From the NCBI GenBank assembly GCA_021295955.1, contig JAGWBJ010000005.1, positions 19,276-83,275 of the forward strand: a stretch of DNA of 64,000 bases. The letters run 5' to 3'. Under the pieces are notes generated by a model. It made no database searches, had not been told where the DNA came from, and worked only from the letters and a program-made list of their open reading frames with translations. The position numbers were made by a program, and so were the translations under genes. This document shows positions 52,733-61,594 of this stretch, piece after piece. The DNA comes from Dehalococcoidia bacterium (GTDB taxonomy: Bacteria > Chloroflexota > Dehalococcoidia > Lucifugimonadales > JAGWBF01). How positions within the stretch are numbered: position 1 is the first letter of the stretch; the number at the start of each line of letters is the position of its first letter.

Positions 52733-53722
52733 TTGGTCGACGGTTTGGACTCGCGCACAGCCCAGATATACGGGCCCATCGTGGAGCGGTTGGAGCAGGT
52801 GGAGGAGCGCCTCCACGGCATATCCGACGTAAAGACGCCCTTTCTCCCGGACCTCCTGGACTACGTCTTCCGCACCCAGGGCAAGAGGGTCCGGCCGGCA
52901 ATCACCCTGCTGGCGTCCCAGTTCCATCCCCATGACCACGACCAGCCGGTGACCATGGCAACGGCGGTGGAGCTGCTGCACATGGCAACCCTCATCCACG
53001 ACGACACCGTGGACAACTCGCCCCTGAGGCGAGGAAAGGCCACCGTCAGCGACGTGTGGGGCAAGGACGTGGCCGTCCTCCTGGGCGACTACGTATTCGC
53101 CACCTCAGCCACCTTCGTCTGCGACACGGAGAACGTGCGGGTCATCCGACGGTTCTCCGAGACCATCATGCAGCTCTCCAGCGGCGAGCTGCTGGAGTTC
53201 TTCAATACCAACAACTGGCGGCAGAGCAGGGACGACTACAACAACCGGATCTATCGGAAGACCGCCTCCCTCTTTCACACAGCGGCGGAGTCCGGCGCCA
53301 TCCTGAGCGGGGCCCCCGAGGAGACAGTCCAGGCCCTGGAGGGGTATGGGTACAACATCGGCATGGCCTTTCAGATCGTCGACGACATCCTGGACGTTCA
53401 GGGAAGCGCCGAGGAGATCGGGAAGCCGGTGGGCAACGACCTGCTCCAGGGGGTGCTCACTCTGCCCACCATCATGCTGTTGGAGCGGTACCCTGACGGG
53501 AACCCGGTGAAAGAGCTGTTCGCCCGGGGCAGGAACGGCTCCGGCGACCAGCTCAAGACCGTGCTGGAGATGATCCAGAACTCGGAGATAATCGAGGACT
53601 GCTACGACGTCGTAGGTGACCACTGCCGGAAGGCCGCCCGGTCCCTGGAGTCCCTCGACGACATTCCGGCCCGGGCCTCGCTCCTGATGCTCAGCGAATA
53701 CATCATGGAGCGCACTCACTAG
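52733..53722 (+). CDS. polyprenyl diphosphate synthase (trans-IPPS, hepta/octaprenyl type)
   Basis: LIHDDTVDNSPLRRG (first Asp-rich motif) and FQIVDDILD (second). The start is uncertain (TTG at 52733 or 52745); the track start at 52580 lies inside metG. Confidence 0.85.
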   Translation: MVDGLDSRTAQIYGPIVERLEQVEERLHGISDVKTPFLPDLLDYVFRTQGKRVRPAITLLASQFHPHDHDQPVTMATAVELLHMATLIHDDTVDNSPLRRGKATVSDVWGKDVAVLLGDYVFATSATFVCDTENVRVIRRFSETIMQLSSGELLEFFNTNNWRQSRDDYNNRIYRKTASLFHTAAESGAILSGAPEETVQALEGYGYNIGMAFQIVDDILDVQGSAEEIGKPVGNDLLQGVLTLPTIMLLERYPDGNPVKELFARGRNGSGDQLKTVLEMIQNSEIIEDCYDVVGDHCRKAARSLESLDDIPARASLLMLSEYIMERTH

Positions 53723-55302
53723 GCCTCCCACACGGTCCTTCCTCCCACCAGCGTCATCGCCACGCGGACCTCCCTCAACGCTTCGGTCTCCAAGCGAGTC
53801 GGGTCCTGGTCCAATAGCACCAGGTCGGCAAGCTTCCCTGGAGCGATGGACCCGGTCACCCCTTCCTGAAACCCGGCATACGCGCCGCCTGAGGCGTGCA
53901 TCGCCAGCGCGGCGGCGGCGGTCATGCCTTGGGGCTCACCCACGTCGAAGGGCGCCCCGCGCCGGGTCACGCGGGACACGGCGGCATAGACACTCAGCAA
54001 CGGGTCGGGAGTCGCAACCGGCGCGTCGGAGCCCGCAGCCAGGGCCACCGAGGCCCGCCGGAGGGAGCCCAACGGATACAGGTGCGGACGCAGCCTTTCC
54101 GCCGTCAGGGACAGGTACCGGTCGCCGTACAGGTGGGTGAAGAGGGGCTGCGTCACCACCAGGGCGCCGCTTCGCCCCACCTTGTCCAATGTCGAGGGAA
54201 GACACTCACAGCAGTGCTCGATGCGATGACGGGCATCGCCCCGGGGCCACCGCTCCTGAAGGTACGTGATCGTATCCGCCGCCACCTCCACAGCCTCATG
54301 CTCGACGGCGTGGAACGCGAGCTGGTATCCGGCCCGGTGGGGGCCCTCCGTAAGGTGGCGCAGCTCTTCGGCGCCCGGAAGCAGGGCGCCGGTGGCCATG
54401 CTCAGCACCACCTTCACCGCCCCCAGACGCATGCCGTCGTCCCCGGACCCCGTCGCCATCCCGGCTTGCCGGAACGACTCCCAATAAGCGGCGCCGGCCA
54501 TCATCACGACGCGCGGGGCCAGGTACCCGCCGTCCCTCAGGTCCCTGACGGCCCGCCAGCGTTCCAGGTTGTTGGCGGGGCTGGCGTCGTGAACGGTGGT
54601 CACGCCCATGGACCGGAGCAGCCGGTCGGCCTCCCTGACCCCGTCCAGCAGGGCTTTGTCCCGGGAGACGCCGCCAGCCGGAGGAGCGGCGGCCCGGCGC
54701 AGGCGGTCGGCCATTTCGAACAGGACTCCCGTGGGCTCTCCCGTCTCGTCCCGCTCGATTATGCCGTGGGGCGGGTCGGGCGTGTCCCGCCGGATGCCCA
54801 CGGCTTCGAGCCCGCGGCTGTTCAGCACTGATGCGTGCCCGGTGCGGTGGTCCAGGCGCAGGGGATGCCCGGCCGTAGCCCGGTCCAGGTCCACCCGCGT
54901 CGGATGCCGCCCCTCGGCAAGGTAGAACTCGTCGTATCCGGACCCTCTGACCCATTCCCCCGGCGCGGTGGCCCCGGCCCGGACCCTCAACAGGTCCACG
55001 ATCCGGGAGACGGACCCGGCAGCCTCTGCCCGGCAGTCCACGGCGCGTAGGCTGGACGCCAACGCCAGCAGGTGGCAGTGGGCGTCCACGAACCCGGGCA
55101 TCAGGGTCATTCCCGCGCAGTCGACGGTCCCTGTGGCCGGACCCAGCAGGTCCTTCCACCCATCACCGCCGCCCAGGGCCAGGATGCGCCCTGCCCTCAC
55201 CGCGACCCAGCTTTCGGGGGGCCGCGCGTTCTCCATGGACAGCACCCGGGCATTCGTCAGGAGGATGTCGGCCCTGTCACTCCCGAATCCGTATCCGCGC
55301 AT
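53719..55302 (-). CDS. amidohydrolase-3 family metal-dependent hydrolase (YtcJ-like)
   Basis: Contains ADILLTNARVLSM...GFVDAHCHLL. The ATG at 55302 is preferred over 55341. Its 5' end overlaps the last 26 nt of the DUF5615 gene. Confidence 0.85.
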   Translation of the reverse strand: MRGYGFGSDRADILLTNARVLSMENARPPESWVAVRAGRILALGGGDGWKDLLGPATGTVDCAGMTLMPGFVDAHCHLLALASSLRAVDCRAEAAGSVSRIVDLLRVRAGATAPGEWVRGSGYDEFYLAEGRHPTRVDLDRATAGHPLRLDHRTGHASVLNSRGLEAVGIRRDTPDPPHGIIERDETGEPTGVLFEMADRLRRAAAPPAGGVSRDKALLDGVREADRLLRSMGVTTVHDASPANNLERWRAVRDLRDGGYLAPRVVMMAGAAYWESFRQAGMATGSGDDGMRLGAVKVVLSMATGALLPGAEELRHLTEGPHRAGYQLAFHAVEHEAVEVAADTITYLQERWPRGDARHRIEHCCECLPSTLDKVGRSGALVVTQPLFTHLYGDRYLSLTAERLRPHLYPLGSLRRASVALAAGSDAPVATPDPLLSVYAAVSRVTRRGAPFDVGEPQGMTAAAALAMHASGGAYAGFQEGVTGSIAPGKLADLVLLDQDPTRLETEALREVRVAMTLVGGRTVWEA

Positions 55303-55630
55303 CTTCCACAATCCACAGTTGCCCTTGTAGTGATGCCCCACCCAGCGAACCCAGAAGGCTTACGCTGATCTCCAACAGATGCCTCCGTGCGTGGGTGCTA
55401 ACGCGGAAGACCACCATCCCTGGGTAGCGCTGCGGCGGATAGGCCCTGATATCGGCAAAGTCCGCGTCCAGCGTCACGAGAATGCGGTCTTCGCTGAGAC
55501 AAATGGCCACTATCGCATCGTCATTCGCGCCGGCCATCCCCTCGTCCAGCACCGTGGTTGCATCGTGCCCTGACTCAGCAAAAAGCCGTGCCATTTCGCC
55601 GGGCAGGTTGCCGTCAAACTTGAACCACAC
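55277..55630 (-). CDS. DUF5615 family PIN-like (Mut7-C-like) putative toxin
   Basis: 117 aa. MWFKFDGNLP...GHDATTVLDEGMAGANDDAIVAICLSEDRILVTLDADF is typical of DUF5615. 8 nt downstream of a DUF433 gene. Confidence 0.7.
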   Translation of the reverse strand: MWFKFDGNLPGEMARLFAESGHDATTVLDEGMAGANDDAIVAICLSEDRILVTLDADFADIRAYPPQRYPGMVVFRVSTHARRHLLEISVSLLGSLGGASLQGQLWIVEDARIRIRE

Positions 55631-55638
55631 CGCGCCTT

Positions 55639-55875
55639 CTACTCGCCGAGCGGCAATACCCGCTCTTTGGCCAATTCGGCAGCGTAGAGCAAGGCGGCCT
55701 GCACAGCCTCCCGAGAGACGGTTGGATAGCTCTTCACGATCTCCTCGGCATCCAGCCCCGCTGCCAAGTTATCGAGAATCGTGGCGACCATGACCCGGGT
55801 GCCTGAGACACAAGCGGCGCCGTCGCATATTGCTGGATTACTGGAAATGTAGTCTTGCCAATTCATGGTCGGCAC
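55639..55875 (-). CDS. DUF433 domain protein (putative antitoxin)
   Basis: 78 aa. ICDGAACVSGTRVMVATILDNLAAGLDAEEIVKSYPTVSREAVQAAL is the DUF433 signature. Confidence 0.72.
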   Translation of the reverse strand: MPTMNWQDYISSNPAICDGAACVSGTRVMVATILDNLAAGLDAEEIVKSYPTVSREAVQAALLYAAELAKERVLPLGE

Positions 55876-55891
55876 CTATCCCAAACGTCAA

Positions 55892-56197
55892 CTAGCCTTT
55901 GGTCCCCACCTCTATGAAGACCTTGACCGCGTGCCAGACGAACATCTCGGGGGTCATGCCCAGCTCCGCGGAGTGTTCCTGGACCAGCTTGGCCATGGGC
56001 CCGGTGAAGTGAGCAACCACGGCGTCTTCCCGAACGGCCCAGGTCAGAAGATTGCGGAGGGTCTCCGGGTCCAGCCCCACGACCTGCTCGGCGCCGTCGA
56101 TTACGGACGTCCTGTGGATGAGGACCTCGCCGTTCTCGACCTCGGCCCAAGACCTGTGGCCCGGCGACGACTGGATCTGAAAGGTTCCCTTGGGCAT
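55892..56197 (-). CDS. hypothetical protein (101 aa)
   Basis: ORF 16 nt upstream of the DUF433 gene on the same strand. No family recognised. The C-terminal AKLVQEHSAELGMTPEMFVWHAVKVFIE is helix-rich, possibly DNA-binding. Confidence 0.45.
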   Translation of the reverse strand: MPKGTFQIQSSPGHRSWAEVENGEVLIHRTSVIDGAEQVVGLDPETLRNLLTWAVREDAVVAHFTGPMAKLVQEHSAELGMTPEMFVWHAVKVFIEVGTKG

Positions 56198-56286
56198 GGC
56201 TACTGTCCTCCTACCCGGCCCGGAGGTCCCTCGGAACTGGTTTACATAAGAACAGGCCGGTGCGCTCCGGGGAATGGCCCACGCCG

Positions 56287-57210
56287 CTAGAGCCCAGCGG
56301 CCGGGCTCGCGGCCGCCGCATCGTGCTGCTCGTCGGCGTGGTAGGAGGAGCGGACCAGGGGTCCCGAGGCCACGTGCTTGAACCCCAGCCCTTCGCCGAT
56401 GGCCCTGATGCGGTCGAACTCCTCGGGGCTATAGAACCGGTCTATGGGCAGGTGCTTCTGCGACGGGCGGAGATACTGGCCCACCGTGAGCAGGTCGCAG
56501 CCAACGCCCCGCAGGTCCTCCATGGTCTCTACCAGCTCGTCCCACTCCTCGCCCATTCCAACGATGATCCCCGACTTGGTGGGCATGTCGGGGTCCATCT
56601 CCTTGACCGCCGCCAGCAGGTCCAGGGAGCGGCGGTAGTCGCCCCTGGGCCGGACCCTGGGAAACACCCGCCGGACGGACTCGATGTTGTGGTTCAACAC
56701 GTTGGGACGGGCGCGGACGACGGTCTCCAGTGCGGGCGTCGAGCCGTCGAAGTCGGGTATCAGCACCTCGACCCTGCAACCGGGCGCCAGGTCGTTGACC
56801 CGCCGAATGCAGCGGGAGAAGATCAGCGCCCCGCCGTCGGCAAGGTCGTCCCGGTTCACCGACGTAATGACGCAGTAGCGAAGTCCCAGCTTCTGTACGG
56901 TCCGGGCCAGGCGTTCCGGCTCCATGACGTCGATGCCCATGGGAGTGCCGGTGGCCACGGCGCAGTAGTGGCACCGCCGCGTGCAGATGTCGCCGAGGAT
57001 CATGAACGTGGCGGCCCGGCGCTCCCAACACTCGCCTATGTTGGGGCAGCGGGCCTCCTCGCACACCGTGTGGAGGCTCGAGTCCCTGAGCAGGCGCTTC
57101 AGGTCGATGTAGTTGGGACCACCCGGCATGCGGACCTTCATCCAGCTTGGCAACCGGCGCGCCGCGTTCGGCCCTTGCACCCGTTCCTGCTTCACATCCC
57201 GCTTATCCAC
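56287..57210 (-). CDS. lipA: lipoyl synthase
   Basis: CEEARCPNIGEC (auxiliary cluster) and CTRRCHYC (radical SAM cluster). Confidence 0.95.
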   Translation of the reverse strand: MDKRDVKQERVQGPNAARRLPSWMKVRMPGGPNYIDLKRLLRDSSLHTVCEEARCPNIGECWERRAATFMILGDICTRRCHYCAVATGTPMGIDVMEPERLARTVQKLGLRYCVITSVNRDDLADGGALIFSRCIRRVNDLAPGCRVEVLIPDFDGSTPALETVVRARPNVLNHNIESVRRVFPRVRPRGDYRRSLDLLAAVKEMDPDMPTKSGIIVGMGEEWDELVETMEDLRGVGCDLLTVGQYLRPSQKHLPIDRFYSPEEFDRIRAIGEGLGFKHVASGPLVRSSYHADEQHDAAAASPAAGL

Positions 57211-57237
57211 AGGGACTCCCCGTACCCCTACGGTCGT

Positions 57238-57864
57238 TCACATCGACACCCGCCGGGGCGGTATACGGCACTTCTCGGCACGTATGATGGCCTCTATCGC
57301 CGCCACGGTCTCCTCCAGGCAGCCGTCGCGGTTCACCACCCGGTAGTCGAAGTCCGGCAGGCTCTCCATCTCCTGGAGGGCGATTTCCGTGCGAATCCTG
57401 AGGTCTCGTCTCGTCTCCGTGGCCCTTGCATGCAGCCGGCGCTCCAGCTCGGCCATCGAAGAGGAGACCAGAAAGATGGACACGGCGTCGGGAGCCAGGG
57501 CCTTGATGGACACCGCACCCTGCACATCCACCTTGAGGATGACGTCCCTGCCGGCGGCCATCGCCTCGCGGACCTGGCTCTTGGGAGAGCCATACCGGTT
57601 GCCGTATACCTCGGCGTGCTCCAGGAACTCGCCGCCCGCCACCATCCCCTCGAAGGTGTCCGCGTCGAGGAAGAGGTAGTCGACCCCGTCCGTTTCGCCG
57701 GGGCGTTTCGGGCGGGTGGTGGCGGTCACCACGATGCTCAACTGGCGGTCCAGGCGGCGGATCCAGTTGAGGGTGGCGTCCTTGCCCACACCCGAAGGAC
57801 CGGAGAGGACTATCAACAGGGGATACCGGGGCGGTTCGAGACATGGAGACGGGGGACCGCTCAC
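57238..57864 (-). CDS. gmk: guanylate kinase
   Basis: The GTG at 57864 overlaps the aroA stop (GTGA). Contains LSGPSGVGKD, TTRPKRPGE.DGVDY and VYGNRYG. The long track ORF (to 59022) is a spurious upstream extension. Confidence 0.9.
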   Translation of the reverse strand: MSGPPSPCLEPPRYPLLIVLSGPSGVGKDATLNWIRRLDRQLSIVVTATTRPKRPGETDGVDYLFLDADTFEGMVAGGEFLEHAEVYGNRYGSPKSQVREAMAAGRDVILKVDVQGAVSIKALAPDAVSIFLVSSSMAELERRLHARATETRRDLRIRTEIALQEMESLPDFDYRVVNRDGCLEETVAAIEAIIRAEKCRIPPRRVSM

Positions 57865-59183
57865 GTCGCCTTCTCCATTGCGGGAGCGGATACCTCCCCT
57901 TGGCCGCTCAGACCCCGCAGGTGCTCCCAGAACTGTGGGTAGGAAACGTCGGCAGCCTCGGCCCCCTCCACGACGGTGTGGCCTTGGCCCACGAGCCCGG
58001 CCACCGCCAGGGCCATGGCCAGGCGGTGGTCGCCATGACTCCGGCCGGCGTTCCCGGTGAGGCGGCCCGTGCCGTGCACCACCATACCGTCGGGCCGCTC
58101 CTCGATCCTGGCGCCCAGCGCCGAGAGCTCCCTCACCGTGGTGGCGATGCGGTCGGACTCCTTGACTCTCAGCTCCTGGGCGTCCCTGATGTTGGTGGTC
58201 CCGCCGGCGAAGCAGGCCGCCACGGCCAGCACCGGCAGCTCGTCGATGATCAGGGGGACCATATCGCCGTCCACGTCGATGGAGCTGAGCTCGCTGGACT
58301 CTACGAGGAGGTCGGCCACCGGCTCTCCCCCCTCGGTGCGGGAGTTCCTCTGAGTGATCCGGGCCCCCATGGCCTCCAGGGCCGTGAGTATGCCGGTGCG
58401 GGTCGGGTTGACCCCCACACCGGACACGGTCACGCGGGCGTTGGGGTGGCACAGGGCCGCCACTATCCAGAAGGCGGCGCTGCTGATGTCGCCGGGCACG
58501 TGGACGTCGACGGCCTCCAGCAACGCCGGCTCCATCTCCAGGGTCAGTCCGTCTACGCCTATACGGCCTCCCATGGCGGCTACCATGCGCTCGGTGTGGT
58601 CCCGGGAGTGGGCGGGCTGGTGGAGTACGGTCTTTCCCTCGGCGGCCAGGCCCGCCAGCAGTATCGAAGACTTCACCTGGGCGCTTGCCACGGGCATCGT
58701 GTACTCGACGCCCCTGAGAGAGCCGCCCCGGATGGCCAGAGGCGCCAGCGTGTCGTCGGCGCGACCCCGGATACGGGCGCCCATCCGCTTCAGAGGCTCG
58801 ATGACCCTCCCCATGGGCCTGGCACGGAGGGAGCCGTCCCCGGTCAACACGGAGAAGAAGGGCTGCCCGGACAGGAAACCGGACAAGAGCCGCATGGAGG
58901 TGCCGCTGTTGCCGGCGTCGAGGACGTCCTTGGGCTCCGTGAGCGCCCCGGAACGGCCCTGTACGACCCACGAGCCCTCCCCCTCGCCGGCCGTGATCTC
59001 CACGCCCAGGCACCTGAGGCAAGCCATGGTGGAGACTACGTCGGCGCCGCTGGACAGTCCGGCGACCCTGGCCCGGCCTCGGGCGATGGAGTTGAGCAGG
59101 AGCGCGCGGTGGGAAACGGACTTGTCTCCCGGGGGTGTGACGGCGCCCTCGAGGACCGGAGGGCTGCTGATTACCCGGCGCAC
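57861..59183 (-). CDS. aroA: 3-phosphoshikimate 1-carboxyvinyltransferase (EPSP synthase)
   Basis: Contains PPGDKSVSHRALLL, LDAGNSGTSMRLL and VKESDRI. 440 aa. Confidence 0.95.
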   Translation of the reverse strand: MRRVISSPPVLEGAVTPPGDKSVSHRALLLNSIARGRARVAGLSSGADVVSTMACLRCLGVEITAGEGEGSWVVQGRSGALTEPKDVLDAGNSGTSMRLLSGFLSGQPFFSVLTGDGSLRARPMGRVIEPLKRMGARIRGRADDTLAPLAIRGGSLRGVEYTMPVASAQVKSSILLAGLAAEGKTVLHQPAHSRDHTERMVAAMGGRIGVDGLTLEMEPALLEAVDVHVPGDISSAAFWIVAALCHPNARVTVSGVGVNPTRTGILTALEAMGARITQRNSRTEGGEPVADLLVESSELSSIDVDGDMVPLIIDELPVLAVAACFAGGTTNIRDAQELRVKESDRIATTVRELSALGARIEERPDGMVVHGTGRLTGNAGRSHGDHRLAMALAVAGLVGQGHTVVEGAEAADVSYPQFWEHLRGLSGQGEVSAPAMEKAT

Positions 59184-59201
59184 CTTTTACCCGTTCTCCG
59201 T

Positions 59202-60212
59202 CTAGTCCCTGGACCTTTTGTCTTTGCCAAAGTCCCTCAGCCGGCGGGCCTGGCGCTCTCCGATAAAGAGGGACATGAGACCCTCCGAGGCGGTGGGAAG
59301 ACGCTCCCGGTGGGCGTTGGCCTTGGCAACCGACTCGGGCGTGACCAGATCGTTGAGCCAGCTAATCCTCTTGTCCCAGGCGTCGCTCAAGAGCTGGTCC
59401 AGCTCCGCTCGGGATTCGTCACCCTCCTCGAGCGAGACCAGCCGCCGTATCGCGTAGAGCTCCTGGATGAAGGCGTCGATCCAGTAGACTATGGCGCCGT
59501 CGTTGGCGCCAAGGATCTCCTCCGCCTTGACCTCGGAGCCCGACGGGTCGGTGACGCTCCTGTAGCGGTCCGAGGCCAACTTGGCTATGTCGTCCCAGGA
59601 TGGACTGGTTGACGTGCACTGGAGCAGGGCCGCAGACAGCAGCACAGGCAGGTGGTTGACGGCTGCCACGAAGCTATCGTGCTCCGCCACGTCCATGTAG
59701 TAGGGTTTGGCGCCGATCAGGCGTATCATGTCGGTGAGGTCCTTGACGTCCTTCTCGTCCGCGGACTTGGCCGGCAGGATTGCGTAGGGACGGTCCTGGA
59801 AGAGCTTGGCCCGCGGTCCCCCGGCGCGGTCGGCGTTGCCCCCCAGCATCGGATGTCCGCCGATGAAGCTGACGTGCCGGGGAAGCAGCTCCTCGGCCCA
59901 TTCCAGCACCGGCCTCTTGGAGTCCCCCGTATCGGTGACCACGCACCCGTCTTTCAAGCGATAGGATATGGTCTCCATGACGTCCCGCACGGTCCTGGAG
60001 GGAGTGGTAATGATCACCAGGTCCGCGTCCCGGGCGGCATCGGCGAGGCGTCCCACGGTGCGGTCGATGGCCCCGGCCTTCTGGGCCTTCGTCGGGCGGT
60101 CCCTCTCCTTGTCGGTCCCCACGATCTCCAGGCCGGATATCCCGGCCTGTTTCAACGCCATCCCCAGGGAGGTGCCGATGAAACCGAGTCCGATTATGCC
60201 TACCTTGATCAC
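59202..60212 (-). CDS. tyrA: prephenate/arogenate dehydrogenase
   Basis: Rossmann N-terminus IKVGIIGLGFIGTSLG, and HPMLG. 336 aa. Confidence 0.88.
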   Translation of the reverse strand: MIKVGIIGLGFIGTSLGMALKQAGISGLEIVGTDKERDRPTKAQKAGAIDRTVGRLADAARDADLVIITTPSRTVRDVMETISYRLKDGCVVTDTGDSKRPVLEWAEELLPRHVSFIGGHPMLGGNADRAGGPRAKLFQDRPYAILPAKSADEKDVKDLTDMIRLIGAKPYYMDVAEHDSFVAAVNHLPVLLSAALLQCTSTSPSWDDIAKLASDRYRSVTDPSGSEVKAEEILGANDGAIVYWIDAFIQELYAIRRLVSLEEGDESRAELDQLLSDAWDKRISWLNDLVTPESVAKANAHRERLPTASEGLMSLFIGERQARRLRDFGKDKRSRD

Positions 60213-60273
60213 GGTTGCCCTCCTAAGTCCGCTGAGGACGGCCCCGGGTTACGCCGGGTGGCGCCTGACGCTT

Positions 60274-61056
60274 CTAGAAGTCCTCGTCGTCCTCTTCCGC
60301 ATGGGGGCTCGCCGGCGCCGCGTAGGAGTCCCGGGGCTGTATCGCGCCCGCCTTCCTGCCCCGATTTCGCTGGCGGCGAGAGAGGGACATCAGCCTGTCC
60401 TTCAGACCCCTCATCTCCTTGGCGGACGCCGTAGTGGCGTCCACCACCAGGCCGTCTACGCCCATCTCCTTCAACCCCTCCAGCTCGCCGCTGGTCAGCT
60501 CTGCCGGCACTTCCAGCAGGAAGTACTTGCTGAACGAACCCCTCACGGCCCCGATGGCCAGGAGGTGTTGGATGGTCAGAGGAGGCCCCAGCGAATCCAG
60601 AGCGAGGAGGACCGCGTCCACGGGCAGGTCCTCGATGGCCCTCAGTGCCTGCTCATCCATGTCCTGGGACACACAGAGAATGTACCCCGCGTCCTCGTCG
60701 CTGAGAGCCCCGACCTGGGCCCCCTCGGGCGCGAAGGCGAGGAAGTCGCAGCCCTTCTCCCGGAGACCGGTGACGGCGTCTCCCGTCAAGGCTGATGCGC
60801 GGACTCCCCAGGGCACGTCCCTCAGCGCCTCGGCCAGGTTCTTGGGGACCCCATCGGGGCCTTCTACCGGGACCAGGGCCCCATCTGCGCCTATCTTGGA
60901 GAGGGTCGCCGCCGCCTGGGCGGACCTCTTGCCCGAAGACAGGTCCCCCACCAGCAGCATGCCGGGGAGCTTCTCGGTCCTTCCTCCGGCTCCGAACCCC
61001 ATGGCCGTTGTTGGTCCACGGCTCAACCTGTCCAGTCTGTCCAAGAACTTGCTCAT
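60274..61056 (-). CDS. hypothetical protein (260 aa) heading the tyrA-aroA-gmk-lipA strand block
   Basis: ORF with good GC3 coding character and no recognisable family. Its tail combines a basic stretch (SRRQRNRGRK) and an acidic end (EEDDEDF). Confidence 0.6.
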   Translation of the reverse strand: MSKFLDRLDRLSRGPTTAMGFGAGGRTEKLPGMLLVGDLSSGKRSAQAAATLSKIGADGALVPVEGPDGVPKNLAEALRDVPWGVRASALTGDAVTGLREKGCDFLAFAPEGAQVGALSDEDAGYILCVSQDMDEQALRAIEDLPVDAVLLALDSLGPPLTIQHLLAIGAVRGSFSKYFLLEVPAELTSGELEGLKEMGVDGLVVDATTASAKEMRGLKDRLMSLSRRQRNRGRKAGAIQPRDSYAAPASPHAEEDDEDF

Positions 61057-61182
61057 CTACCCCTCTCGCGTCCGGTACCGGATTTCGTCGCCGGGTCCCA
61101 TACATGATATCACCGCCCGAAGGTCGAGGCCAGCGACGGCGCGGTCGATTTCAGCACCCCGTCGTCCTCAAGACACCTCGAT

Positions 61183-61211
61183 TTGACACCAGGTGGGCCC
61201 GAATCTACAAT
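61183..61211 (+). promoter_or_regulatory. near-consensus sigma-70-type promoter
   Basis: TTGACA (61183-61188), a 17-nt spacer, TACAAT (61206-61211), about 195 nt upstream of the ATG at 61407. Confidence 0.5.
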
Positions 61212-61406
61212 GGCCTCGCCGCGCCCATGGGACCGTCGCCGGCTCACACCGGAGCGGACCGCTCCCGGCGTCTGTCAACGGCGGACGGGCAGTTGACAAG
61301 CGGCAGCCCCATCACCGCTCCAGCACTCACACCGTCTGGGCACAGGAAAGGGTCCCGGCTTTTCTACGTGGAGTGGCCGGGATGGCGTATATAGGAGGAA
61401 ACCGGC

Positions 61407-61592
61407 ATGACTTTGTCCAGAGAAGACCGGGCCCTGGCGTTGGCCAAGCTCGCGGGAATCACCATCGCCCCGGATGAGGTCGAAGAGGTGGCCACCCGGT
61501 TCGAGAGCCTGATGCTGGAGCTGGAGCGCCTAAAGGAGCTGGACCTCAGCGACATTCAGGCGCCGGTAGTTTTCCCGGACGAGGGAGAGTAA
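61407..61592 (+). CDS. GatC-like small protein (61 aa), AtzG-like putative amidase partner
   Basis: LSREDRALALAKLAGITIAPDEVEEVATRFESLMLELERLKELDL resembles the GatC helix-loop-helix but is shorter than canonical GatC. AGGAGG lies 8 nt before the ATG. Stops 2 nt before the amidase start. Confidence 0.7.
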   Translation: MTLSREDRALALAKLAGITIAPDEVEEVATRFESLMLELERLKELDLSDIQAPVVFPDEGE

Positions 61593-61594
61593 GG

